A stretch of DNA of 36,934 bases, the filler included, from Candidatus Aminicenantales bacterium (GTDB taxonomy: Bacteria > Acidobacteriota > Aminicenantia > Aminicenantales > Saccharicenantaceae), in NCBI GenBank assembly GCA_049512315.1. It is 8 parts of 8 records of this genome, joined end to end, with 100 filler letters (N's around TTAATTAATTAA, not from the genome) between each part and the next. Parts side by side here need not be neighbours in the genome. Positions count along the whole stretch, not along the records: positions 25,219 to 28,912 come from JBEKXF010000075.1; positions 29,013 to 32,656 come from JBEKXF010000076.1; positions 32,757 to 36,934 come from JBEKXF010000077.1; 5 more parts are not named here. One strand, written 5' to 3'. The notes beneath the pieces were generated by a model. It did not search any database, was not told where the DNA came from, and saw nothing but the letters and a program-made list of their open reading frames with translations. The translations under genes were made by a program, and so were the position numbers. Shown one piece after another: positions 27,562-36,934 of this stretch (position 1 is its first letter; the number at the start of each line of letters is the position of its first letter).

Positions 27562-28047
27562 TCACTTGAGATCCCAGGCGTCCTTGATCGCGCGGCGCTG
27601 CTCGGCAACGGCCTTTCGGAAGCCCTCGTATTCGGGCGCCGAGGGAATCAGCGCAAGCGCCGCGTCGATTTCTCGATTCTGCTTCTGGTAAATCACTTCC
27701 AGCTCGGCGAGCGCCTTATTCGCTATCAACCGCGTGGAGAAGAGACGATAGTCCGCGACTGGAACCTCCTCGCGCTTCCTCCACGCCACCTTCGCCACCT
27801 CGTTGAGCTGGGCGCCGATGGCGATCATCTTCCTCTCCGTCTCGTTGCGGAGGGCAGCCGTCATCACGTCAGCGGCATCTTGGAGCGTCACCTCCGGCTC
27901 AGGCTTGGCGAGCTGCCCGATCACCTGGCCGTCCGGCCCGATGACCAGGGTCGGCTTCTCCGGCTTTGCTTCGACGCGGACCCCGGCCATAATGGACGCG
28001 CCGATGTCTATCCCTTGCATCGTTTTTTTCTCTTCGGTCACGGTCAA
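27562..28047 (-). CDS. Hypothetical helical phage-like protein
   Basis: 161-aa ORF with AAGGAG RBS, co-oriented with the upstream element genes. Confidence 0.6.
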   Translation of the reverse strand: MTVTEEKKTMQGIDIGASIMAGVRVEAKPEKPTLVIGPDGQVIGQLAKPEPEVTLQDAADVMTAALRNETERKMIAIGAQLNEVAKVAWRKREEVPVADYRLFSTRLIANKALAELEVIYQKQNREIDAALALIPSAPEYEGFRKAVAEQRRAIKDAWDLK

Positions 28048-28067
28048 TCTCCTTTTCAGATTTTCAA

Positions 28068-28358
28068 TCAGCGCTTGCGGGTGCGAGCGTGCTCGAGGGC
28101 TGCGGATTCCTGGAATAGCTTTTCGTGCGTCGCCTTGGATTCAGCCGCGCCCTTGACGCCCTCGGCCTCGCTACCGAGGGCAGCCTGCACCTCGGCGGCG
28201 TGACCCGGATCCTCAATCGTGCAGTCCGCGCCTTTCACGCACTGGGCCGCACTCATTAGCGAGTTCGTCGTCCCCTTGCCGCCGTAAAAGTCCACGCCTG
28301 CAATCGAACCTCGAAACGAAGGGTCCCGATGGATGATTGTGTAAATTTTTTCGCTCAT
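28068..28358 (-). CDS. Hypothetical phage-like protein (GVDFYGGKGTT motif)
   Basis: 96 aa with AGGAGG RBS. N-terminal half resembles 28442..28711. Confidence 0.7.
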   Translation of the reverse strand: MSEKIYTIIHRDPSFRGSIAGVDFYGGKGTTNSLMSAAQCVKGADCTIEDPGHAAEVQAALGSEAEGVKGAAESKATHEKLFQESAALEHARTRKR

Positions 28359-28441
28359 GTTATGAGCCTCCTGTTAAATTAAATTCGGCCACTCATAAGG
28401 AACGATGGCCGATAATTCTTCATAGCGGATATGCACATTGT

Positions 28442-28711
28442 TCACGGTAGGGCCGACCAGTCCCCCCTCTTCGGCAGCGGCTTGACCAGGGCCTTCTGCG
28501 CGTCCTTAAAGGGCTGCCGCTGCTTTCGAAACCTCAGTAGGTCCTGCTTGTCGTCCTCGCTGAGCGGGCCGATGATCTTGTACCCCCCGAGGTCGAGCAG
28601 GTCACAAACCTGGCTCATGTCACTTGTCGAGCCGACCCCATCGAAGAAGTCGCACCCAAAAACGCATGCCCGCGCACCGGCGATGGGGTGACGGATTTTG
28701 AAAATGGTCAC
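28442..28711 (-). CDS. Hypothetical phage-like protein (GCDFFDGVGST motif)
   Basis: 89 aa. GTG start overlaps the upstream stop (GTGA). Confidence 0.65.
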   Translation of the reverse strand: MTIFKIRHPIAGARACVFGCDFFDGVGSTSDMSQVCDLLDLGGYKIIGPLSEDDKQDLLRFRKQRQPFKDAQKALVKPLPKRGDWSALP

Positions 28712-28911
28712 GGCTTCGGATCCTTGATCTGCTGGACGGGAACGCCGCTCATGATTACGGCGTCATAGATGACCCCCGATAGTAACTTCGTCAGGAAGGC
28801 CCCGACCCGCAACCGGTCATGGAGTTCGGGATAACGCCGCATGTCGATCAGGAACCTGCGCCCGTAAAAGTCCACGAGTTCGAAAAGGCCCTCCTCGGGT
28901 CCGCACTTGAT
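28708..28911 (-). CDS. Hypothetical protein, 5' partial
   Basis: Open frame IKCGPEEGLFELVDFYGRRFLIDMRRYPELH..IKDPKP* ending in a GTGA overlap. Confidence 0.5.
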   Translation of the reverse strand: MKCGPEEGLFELVDFYGRRFLIDMRRYPELHDRLRVGAFLTKLLSGVIYDAVIMSGVPVQQIKDPKP

Positions 28912-28912
28912 C

Positions 28913-29012
28913 NNNNNNNNNNNNNNNNNNNNNNNNNNNNNNNNNNNNNNNNNNNNTTAATTAATTAANNNNNNNNNNNNNNNNNNNNNNNNNNNNNNNN
29001 NNNNNNNNNNNN
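28913..29012. other. Artificial contig linker
   Basis: N44-TTAATTAATTAA-N44. Confidence 0.98.
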
Positions 29013-29177
29013 CATAAGCCCGGGAATTATGGTAGACGACAGAAAGCAGGGTTTAAGGAATAAGATATTCCAGGTTGGAATCATCGCCCTGTTCTTGACG
29101 GGATTGCTTTTGGCGACCGTTTGGGGGAACGTGCCTAAATGCGGAGAAGGGGTTTACACAGAATATCTGACACTCCC
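29013..29177. mobile_element. Probable IS256-family terminal end
   Basis: TTTACACAGAATATCTGACACTCCC (29153..29177) resembles IS256-type IRs. The segment is lower in GC and runs to the contig edge. No transposase is visible. Confidence 0.45.
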
Positions 29178-29358
29178 TCCGAAGACGTTTCCAGACATCT
29201 GGAACAAACTTGCGCACGGTTCGAGCGGCTCGCCGACTTCCTGGTCTCTGCGATCGGCCTACAGACTATCGGCTGACCTCGGCCGAGGCCGGCGGCGGCC
29301 CATCCCACCTCTTCTGCAAGGGACAGAGCAACGGCGTGTGGCCCGCAGCGCGCCGCCA

Positions 29359-31833
<2,475 letters not shown>

Positions 31834-31862
31834 CAGGGAAGCCTTTTGTCGAGTCCGGCGAA

Positions 31863-31891
31863 AAGATAACACCAACGGGAGGGAGAGTCAA
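31863..31891 (-). promoter_or_regulatory. Sigma70-type promoter of kinase 29359..31833
   Basis: TTGACT-17 nt-TATCTT with an extended TG. The -35 box overlaps the symporter stop codon. Confidence 0.55.
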
Positions 31892-32534
31892 ACGACGCGG
31901 TTGAGGATATGGGCCAAGGTCACGAGGACGGCGCAGCCGATGACGTTGAACCACAGATAAGGAATCCCCGTGAAGAAATAGCAGGCCAGGACCGTGATTT
32001 CAGCGATGATCGCGGCGGCGAAGGTCGCCGTGCCCCCGATCTTCTTGAAATAGAAGGCGACCAGGAATATCCCCAGGATCGTGCCGCAGAACAGGGACCC
32101 CATGATGTTCACGGCTTCGGTCAGCGAGTCGAGGTGGTTGGCGAATTGCGCGAAAGCGATAGCGTAGAGCCCCGAAAAACGGTGGCCGCCTTCGAGGCAA
32201 CGATATAGTGTCGGTCCGGGGCGTTCGGCTTCCAGAGGCGCCGATAAATGTCTATCACGGTGACGGCGGCCAGGGCGCTGAGTTCGGCGGCTGACCCCGA
32301 CATCGACGCCGAAAGAATGGCCGCCAGGATCAGCCCGACGAGGCCGGCCGGCAGGAATCGGGTCACGAAGCTCAGGAAGATGTAGTTCGTGTCGTTCGTT
32401 TCGGCCCGGGGATCGGCGTTCTTGATGAGCTCCACGGCCTGCCGCCGGACGCCCGCCTCCGATTCCCGGGTCTGCTGGAGCTTTTGCATGACGGCGGCCA
32501 GCTCGTCACCTTTATGGGCTTTGATGGCGCCCAG
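31888..32534 (-). pseudogene. Sodium:solute symporter 3' part, frameshifted and IS-interrupted
   Basis: DTNYIFLSFV..LPAGLVGLILAAILSASMS..ELSALA.VTVIDIY, then a frameshift near 32172, then YAIAFAQFA..SL.EAVNIMGSLFCGTILGIF..YLWFNVIG. Cut by the IS end at 32535. Confidence 0.8.
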
Positions 32535-32656
32535 TGCTTGACGTCAGCGAGATTCGGACAGGGATTGATTTCTCCTAAGCTATGGTTTCCAATAACAAAA
32601 CCATACGAGGAGGAATGAATGACAGGGAAACAGGGAAGCTCAGCGGAATCGATTGT
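32535..32656 (+). mobile_element. IS3-family left IR and orfA start
   Basis: TGCTTGACGTCAGCGAGATTCGGAC..TGATTTCTCCTAAGCTATGGTTTCC matches the end at 16596. GAGGAGG RBS, then MTGKQGSSAESI. Confidence 0.75.
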
Positions 32657-32756
32657 NNNNNNNNNNNNNNNNNNNNNNNNNNNNNNNNNNNNNNNNNNNN
32701 TTAATTAATTAANNNNNNNNNNNNNNNNNNNNNNNNNNNNNNNNNNNNNNNNNNNN
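32657..32756. other. Artificial contig linker
   Basis: N44-TTAATTAATTAA-N44. Confidence 0.98.
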
Positions 32757-32990
32757 GAGAAATTCCCCTATCAGATCGGGAAGGCCGAGTTCGCCGCTCA
32801 CGGAGCGTCGACTCAGGGTCCGGACACAAGCTCCATCTATACTCACCACGAAGTCACGTTAAGTTTTAAAACCGACAAGCCGGGAACTTTGTACGCCTCT
32901 AGCTTATGCAATATTCATGGACTCTGGGAGAGTTCTCATGCTCTAGAAGTGGAAGAGGCGTCGCCGGACCTTCCGACCAAGAGGAGATGA
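32757..32990 (+). CDS. Superoxide reductase (neelaredoxin/class II SORL) C-terminus; 5' partial
   Basis: EKFPYQIGKAEFAAHGASTQGPDTSSIYT..FKTDKPGTLYASSLCNIHGLWES, with the Fe-ligand motif CNIHGLW. Not in the ORF track. Confidence 0.85.
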   Translation, partial: EKFPYQIGKAEFAAHGASTQGPDTSSIYTHHEVTLSFKTDKPGTLYASSLCNIHGLWESSHALEVEEASPDLPTKRR

Positions 32991-33106
32991 GGCTTCGACC
33001 GTCGAGCCCGTTCCGGTAAGGCGCCGTCCATTCCTGACAGTTCGATGCCGTCCCGTAGAGCCGCCGGGGGGCTGACCCCGCGATGCGGGCGAGAGAGGCA
33101 AGCAAA

Positions 33107-33280
33107 ATGGAAAGTGAAATCTATCAAGTCGGGCTGACGGCTGCTGAGTTGGCCGTCCTTTCTGCGGTCCTGAGGTATGCTCTGGACGCCTGCCCGGTAG
33201 AGAGCATCGGCGCCGGAGTTGATATTTCTCGCGACGATGTCGAGAATCTCGCCGCCAAGCTCGAGGGCGTGGGCCGATGA
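33107..33280 (+). CDS. Small hypothetical protein
   Basis: 57 aa with GAGG RBS and an ATGA overlap with the DUF488 gene. Confidence 0.55.
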   Translation: MESEIYQVGLTAAELAVLSAVLRYALDACPVESIGAGVDISRDDVENLAAKLEGVGR

Positions 33281-33693
33281 GCCTCGCCGAACGCGGTTTC
33301 CGGATGAAGCGGGTCTATGAAAACCCAGCCCCAGCGGATGGATTCCGGATTCTCGTGGATAGGCTTTGGCCGAGGGGAGTCAGCAAGGAGAAGGCGGCCG
33401 TCGATCTGTGGCTGAGAGACATCGCCCCAAGCGATTGTCTGAGAAAATGGTTCGGCCACGACCCCCGGAAATGGCCTGAGTTCATGAAGCGTTATCACCG
33501 GGAGCTGGCGGCGAAAAAGGAGCTGATCACTATTGTTGAGAACAGGGTTCGCGACGGAAAAGTGACCTTACTCTATGGAGCGGCCGACCGGGAACACAAT
33601 AACGCCGCAGCGCTTCAAGCCTATCTTGAGAAAAGCCCGAACCCGAGAACCGGGGCCCGGCGTCCGGGCAGGGCGCCGAGGGGTCGAGTCTGA
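33277..33693 (+). CDS. DUF488 (YeaO-like) protein
   Basis: KRVYE..DGFRILVDRLWPRGVSKE, IAPS..LRKWFGHDP and TLLYGA..HNNA. Confidence 0.92.
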   Translation: MSLAERGFRMKRVYENPAPADGFRILVDRLWPRGVSKEKAAVDLWLRDIAPSDCLRKWFGHDPRKWPEFMKRYHRELAAKKELITIVENRVRDGKVTLLYGAADREHNNAAALQAYLEKSPNPRTGARRPGRAPRGRV

Positions 33694-33705
33694 AGGGGAT
33701 GAGGG

Positions 33706-34396
33706 ATGCCGGAAATAATTCCTCCCGGGCCTCTGAGCGGCAAGATTGTCATTGTACCGGTGCCGTTGTCGCCGCCGTGTATAGAGATGATGAGAAGTTC
33801 AAGCAACTCCTCGCCTACGTCGGCGGGGAACCGAGCGCGCTCGAAGGGATCAGCGCCGACGTCACTCTCGAAACGGACGTCCGGGACATGGTGGAAGCCG
33901 TCCTTCGCCGGCACGGCCGCGTCGATGTCCTGCTGAATCTTGCCGGAGCCTACAGGGGAGGGGCGGACATTGCCACGATGGAGGAGAGAGACTGGGATTT
34001 CTTGATGCAGACGAACCTCAAATCGGCCTTCCTGTGTTCTAAAGCCGTTCTCCCTTCGATGATGAAAAAGCCAACTCTGGACGCATCGTCAGCGTTGCGG
34101 CGCGGCCGGCGATAGAGAAAAAAGGTCGCACGAAAGCGGGAGCGTACGCTGTCTCCAAAGCCGGAGTAGTGGTCCTAACGGAGATTATCGCCGAAGAAAT
34201 GAAGAAGTTCAATATCACTGCCAACTGTATCCTGCCCGGCACGATCGACACGCCGGAGAACCGGAAGAATCTCCCGACCGCCGATTTTTCCAACTGGGTG
34301 AGGCCTGAAGAGCTCGCGTCCGTCCTGCTCTGCTTGATTTCGGACAACTTCTCCGTTACGAGCGGGGCCCCTATCCCCGTCTACGGAAAAAGCTGA
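33706..34396 (+). pseudogene. SDR-family oxidoreductase with frameshifts and a deletion
   Basis: LSGKIVIV, frameshift, TGA with the GxxxGxG segment missing, then GRVDVLLNLAG and NLKSAF, a frameshift at the A-run near 34066, then GRIVSVAA..YAVSK..NCILPGTIDTPENR..SGAPIPVYG. Confidence 0.8.
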
Positions 34397-34580
34397 CGGT
34401 CCAGCCGGCGCCGGAGGCTCTTTCCGCTTAGACAATACTCACGCCAAAAGCAGAAGCCGTGATTTCTGCCGTCTGGCAAAAGAAAAAGCGATCGACTTCC
34501 CAAGAACTGCGGGTTGAGAAGCTGGAACTTCGCGGCAACTAGGAAAAAGCGCTCCTGCCTGTGATCAGAAATGATGGTTA

Positions 34581-36050
34581 TCAGATTTGCGCCTCGATAT
34601 CATAGAATTGTGTATCTTCACGGTATCCGCCCTGGCCTTCCCCCATCGCCTTGTAGCCCTCGACCAACTCGATGGACTTCAGCCATTTCACCATCTTGAA
34701 CCCGAGCTTCGTCTCCATGCGCAAGCGAAGCGGCGCCCCATGTGCCACCGATAGCGGCTCCCCGTTCATCGCGTAAGACAGAATGGTTTGAGGGTAATAG
34801 GCCTCGGTCAGCTCCAGCAGTTCGTAGTATTCACGCCCTTTCTCATCGGTTTGGAAGGAGTGAAAGACCAGATAACGAGCCCCCGGGACCGGGCAGCACC
34901 GCGCCAGAATATCTCGAACCGGGACCCCGGTCCATTCGGCAATTCCGGACCACCCCTGAATGCAACAATGCTCCGTGATATTGGTCTCCTCCGGCATGGC
35001 CCGCAGATCCTCCCGCGAAAGAGACAGCGGACGTTCGACCAGGCCCTTTATTTCCAGTCGATAATTAGCGAAGTTATGACGGGCGGCCTCCTCCCACTCG
35101 CGTGTCACCGGAGGATATCCGTTCGTCCAGAAATATGGGGAGATCTCCGCTTTCCGATAGGCCTGCCGCGACCGCAGGCCATAAAAGAAAAAGCGCGTGA
35201 ACGAGCTAATAAATCGACCCGTGAGTCGCTGCACGCCTCGAGGGTTATGTTGTGACCACAATGTCGCCCCGACCTGTACGACTACGACGATTCCGAGCGC
35301 GAACAGCCCCAAAACAATCGACAATGCTTCACGGTGATTTTCCAGGCCGAGGACGATGTGGGCCATTGCCTTCTTGAAATGCACAATGCCAACGAGGGTG
35401 ACATGGATGATGATGAAGATCAGGAATGCGGCCAGGGAGAGAAGGTGAAGGCTTCGAGCAGATTGCCGACCATGAAACAGACGAGGATACCAGGGAAAAC
35501 GCCCGCCTATGGCGGGGGACAGGGCCAGCCCGGTCAGGATGACAAGCGGGGCGAGGATGAAAACGACGAGGGCATAGGTCGACTGCTGCAATGCATCATA
35601 GGGGTGGAACTCTCCCGCCGAAGGGACATGGAACGTAGCATAGGTTAAAAAGGTCCTCCAGGCCTGGGGGACGAAATCCCAGGATGTTGGTATCAGTCGG
35701 CGCCACTGCCCCGTGAAAAAAAGAAGCGCGATGTAGACCAGGCCATTGACCGACCAGAGGATGGCCGCAAAAAAATGCCAGTGTCTGCCGATGCCGAGGC
35801 TGTGCCTGCCGCCGGGCAGCGCGATCCATGACGAGATCGGGAGGGCTTCATCGGTCGACGTCCAGAGTCGGTCAGAGGGGACCTTCTTTCTGGTGAACTT
35901 GATCCATTCCGTGCCCGGCGTGCAATGATCATTGAAATAATATCTGGGAAAATCCAAGAGGATCTGGATTCCGCTCCGGATGAGCAAGAACATCAGGAAT
36001 ATGTTTAAATAATGAACCACTCTGAGCCAGAGTGGAAATCCCAGCTCCAT
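34581..36050 (-). CDS. Cytochrome b/b6-domain-fused molybdopterin-dependent oxidoreductase (sulfite-oxidase family)
   Basis: N-terminal TM domain with heme His (VHYLN, RHWHF, RSLH, IHV). C-terminal HCCIQGWS, YAMNGEPL..HGAPLRL..LGFKMVKW. Alternative TTG start at 36083. Confidence 0.88.
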   Translation of the reverse strand: MELGFPLWLRVVHYLNIFLMFLLIRSGIQILLDFPRYYFNDHCTPGTEWIKFTRKKVPSDRLWTSTDEALPISSWIALPGGRHSLGIGRHWHFFAAILWSVNGLVYIALLFFTGQWRRLIPTSWDFVPQAWRTFLTYATFHVPSAGEFHPYDALQQSTYALVVFILAPLVILTGLALSPAIGGRFPWYPRLFHGRQSARSLHLLSLAAFLIFIIIHVTLVGIVHFKKAMAHIVLGLENHREALSIVLGLFALGIVVVVQVGATLWSQHNPRGVQRLTGRFISSFTRFFFYGLRSRQAYRKAEISPYFWTNGYPPVTREWEEAARHNFANYRLEIKGLVERPLSLSREDLRAMPEETNITEHCCIQGWSGIAEWTGVPVRDILARCCPVPGARYLVFHSFQTDEKGREYYELLELTEAYYPQTILSYAMNGEPLSVAHGAPLRLRMETKLGFKMVKWLKSIELVEGYKAMGEGQGGYREDTQFYDIEAQI

Positions 36051-36221
36051 CGACTTTAGTCCTGAATTGGCCGTCTCATGCAAAACTAAGATATCTTTAA
36101 TAAATCGCAGTCAATATAAGATAACCTGTCCCCTCTAAATTTAGCATCGCTGAAGTGAGATTTTCTAGTTTTTTTTCACTTTATACCCGGATCGTTTTAG
36201 GGGGGAGCAGGTCAAACAGTC

Positions 36222-36251
36222 TTGACTCGTTCTGAATAAGTCCTTTATGAT
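36222..36251 (+). promoter_or_regulatory. Sigma70-type promoter
   Basis: TTGACT-18 nt-TATGAT, followed by AGGAGG at 36265. Confidence 0.5.
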
Positions 36252-36293
36252 TTGACTAATTTATAGGAGGGCCGCCCCGTCGACATAGTGACG

Positions 36294-36386
36294 ATGTGGC
36301 TCATCATCGTCGGGATCGGCGTCGGATCGATCGTCGGGTTGTGGGTCTACGACCGCGTGGTTATCAAGGACCAGAAGAAGGCCTGA
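36294..36386 (+). CDS. 30-aa single-TM peptide
   Basis: MWLIIVGIGVGSIVGLWVYDRVVIKDQKKA, with host-like GC3 codon usage and its own promoter and RBS. Start codon uncertain. Confidence 0.5.
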   Translation: MWLIIVGIGVGSIVGLWVYDRVVIKDQKKA

Positions 36387-36398
36387 GCCGGATCGGTT

Positions 36399-36617
36399 TT
36401 ACTTCTTCTTGGGCTTGGGCTGAGGCTTGGGCCTGGCCAGTGTCCCGTCGTCGCAGGGCAGGTCCTCGTCATAATTCCTAGCCATTTCGGCTTGGGGCTG
36501 CGTCATGCAGAACGGCAAGGGCTCCATCTCCTTCTTGCAGCACACGGGGACGGCCCGATCGCTCTCGACCTTGACCTCCCTGCCGCACTCCGAGCACTTG
36601 TAGGTTATGCTGCCCAT
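36399..36617 (-). CDS. Desulforedoxin-like CxxC..CC small metal-binding protein
   Basis: YKCSECGREVKV..PVCCKKEM matches the desulforedoxin pattern, with extra C-terminal Cys (FC..PCDDG). GGAGGAGG RBS. Confidence 0.7.
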   Translation of the reverse strand: MGSITYKCSECGREVKVESDRAVPVCCKKEMEPLPFCMTQPQAEMARNYDEDLPCDDGTLARPKPQPKPKKK

Positions 36618-36934
36618 GGGCCCTCCTCCGTTGGTCATTTGGCTACCTATTTATCTTAGCACATCCCCGCCTCTCTCTCAACTCGGGAGGCGTGTCGGGC
36701 GGCACCCGCCGAGAGTGATGCGACTATTTTTATTTTGGTCTTAATTAAGCCTTAAGTTCTTGTAGCGTCAGCATTGATCTGCTCCCTGGATCCTGGTCTA
36801 AAAGGGATGCTAGATTTTTACGCTAGAATCGGCGTCCGGGAAGGAGCGGAGGATGAAGAAGAATCGGTTCAAGGAGGTTAAGATCGCCTTCCACATGCGG
36901 AAGGCATACCACGCTATATATCACATATATGTCA

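Larger units (their letters stand above)
25328..28912. mobile_element. Integrated phage/satellite-like element (end portion)
   Basis: Integrase, two divergent excisionase-type HTH genes and short phage-like hypothetical genes, abutting host rtcB. Cut by the contig edge. Confidence 0.75.

Noticed and set aside
13408..28912. terL module and integrase module as one prophage carrying kinase and kdp cargo
   Set aside because: They are on different contigs with different host flanks (groEL/tRNA fragment versus rtcB).
36853..36934. Partial ORF MKKNRFKEVKIAFHMRKAYHAIYHIYV
   Set aside because: It is plausibly a gene start with an RBS, but 27 codons are too few to assign.

Overview
This window is not one locus. 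It is eight short assembly fragments joined by seven artificial 100-nt linkers (N44-TTAATTAATTAA-N44), so gene adjacency means something only within a fragment. The DNA is GC-rich and bacterial; GWxTD protein, Oar-type TonB receptor and Zn-ribbon/kinase/TolB-N/TPR proteins suggest Acidobacteriota/Aminicenantes (inference). Fragment 1 has an Ig/IPT-domain polysaccharide deacetylase, an IS3-truncated and deleted paralog, two EamA half-transporters, a creatininase-family gene and a GH3. Fragment 2 has an IS481 end, a TonB receptor and a GWxTD protein. Fragment 3 has the groEL 3' end, then a three-gene phage-like module (two paralogs plus a Zn-finger-fused, frameshifted terminase large subunit) bounded by a tRNA 3'-end fragment, a kinase-tail fragment and an IS3 end. 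Fragment 4 has a DUF5829-like gene between direct repeats, a Ser/Thr kinase and an IS21 end. Fragment 5 has a histidine kinase end and the kdp operon. Fragment 6 has a phage/satellite-like element whose integrase stops 8 nt before rtcB. Fragment 7 has a second kinase and an IS-broken symporter. Fragment 8 is a redox cluster (superoxide reductase, DUF488, SDR pseudogene, cytochrome b-molybdoenzyme, desulforedoxin-like protein). The most notable signal is a short orphan coding tail (W)KDADPGLPEVADA(R/K)xRLAGL. It recurs as a relic behind kinase genes and as the direct repeat flanking an unrelated gene, suggesting a recombination hotspot or cassette-exchange system at kinase/TPR gene 3' ends. The second is two minimal phage-derived elements.
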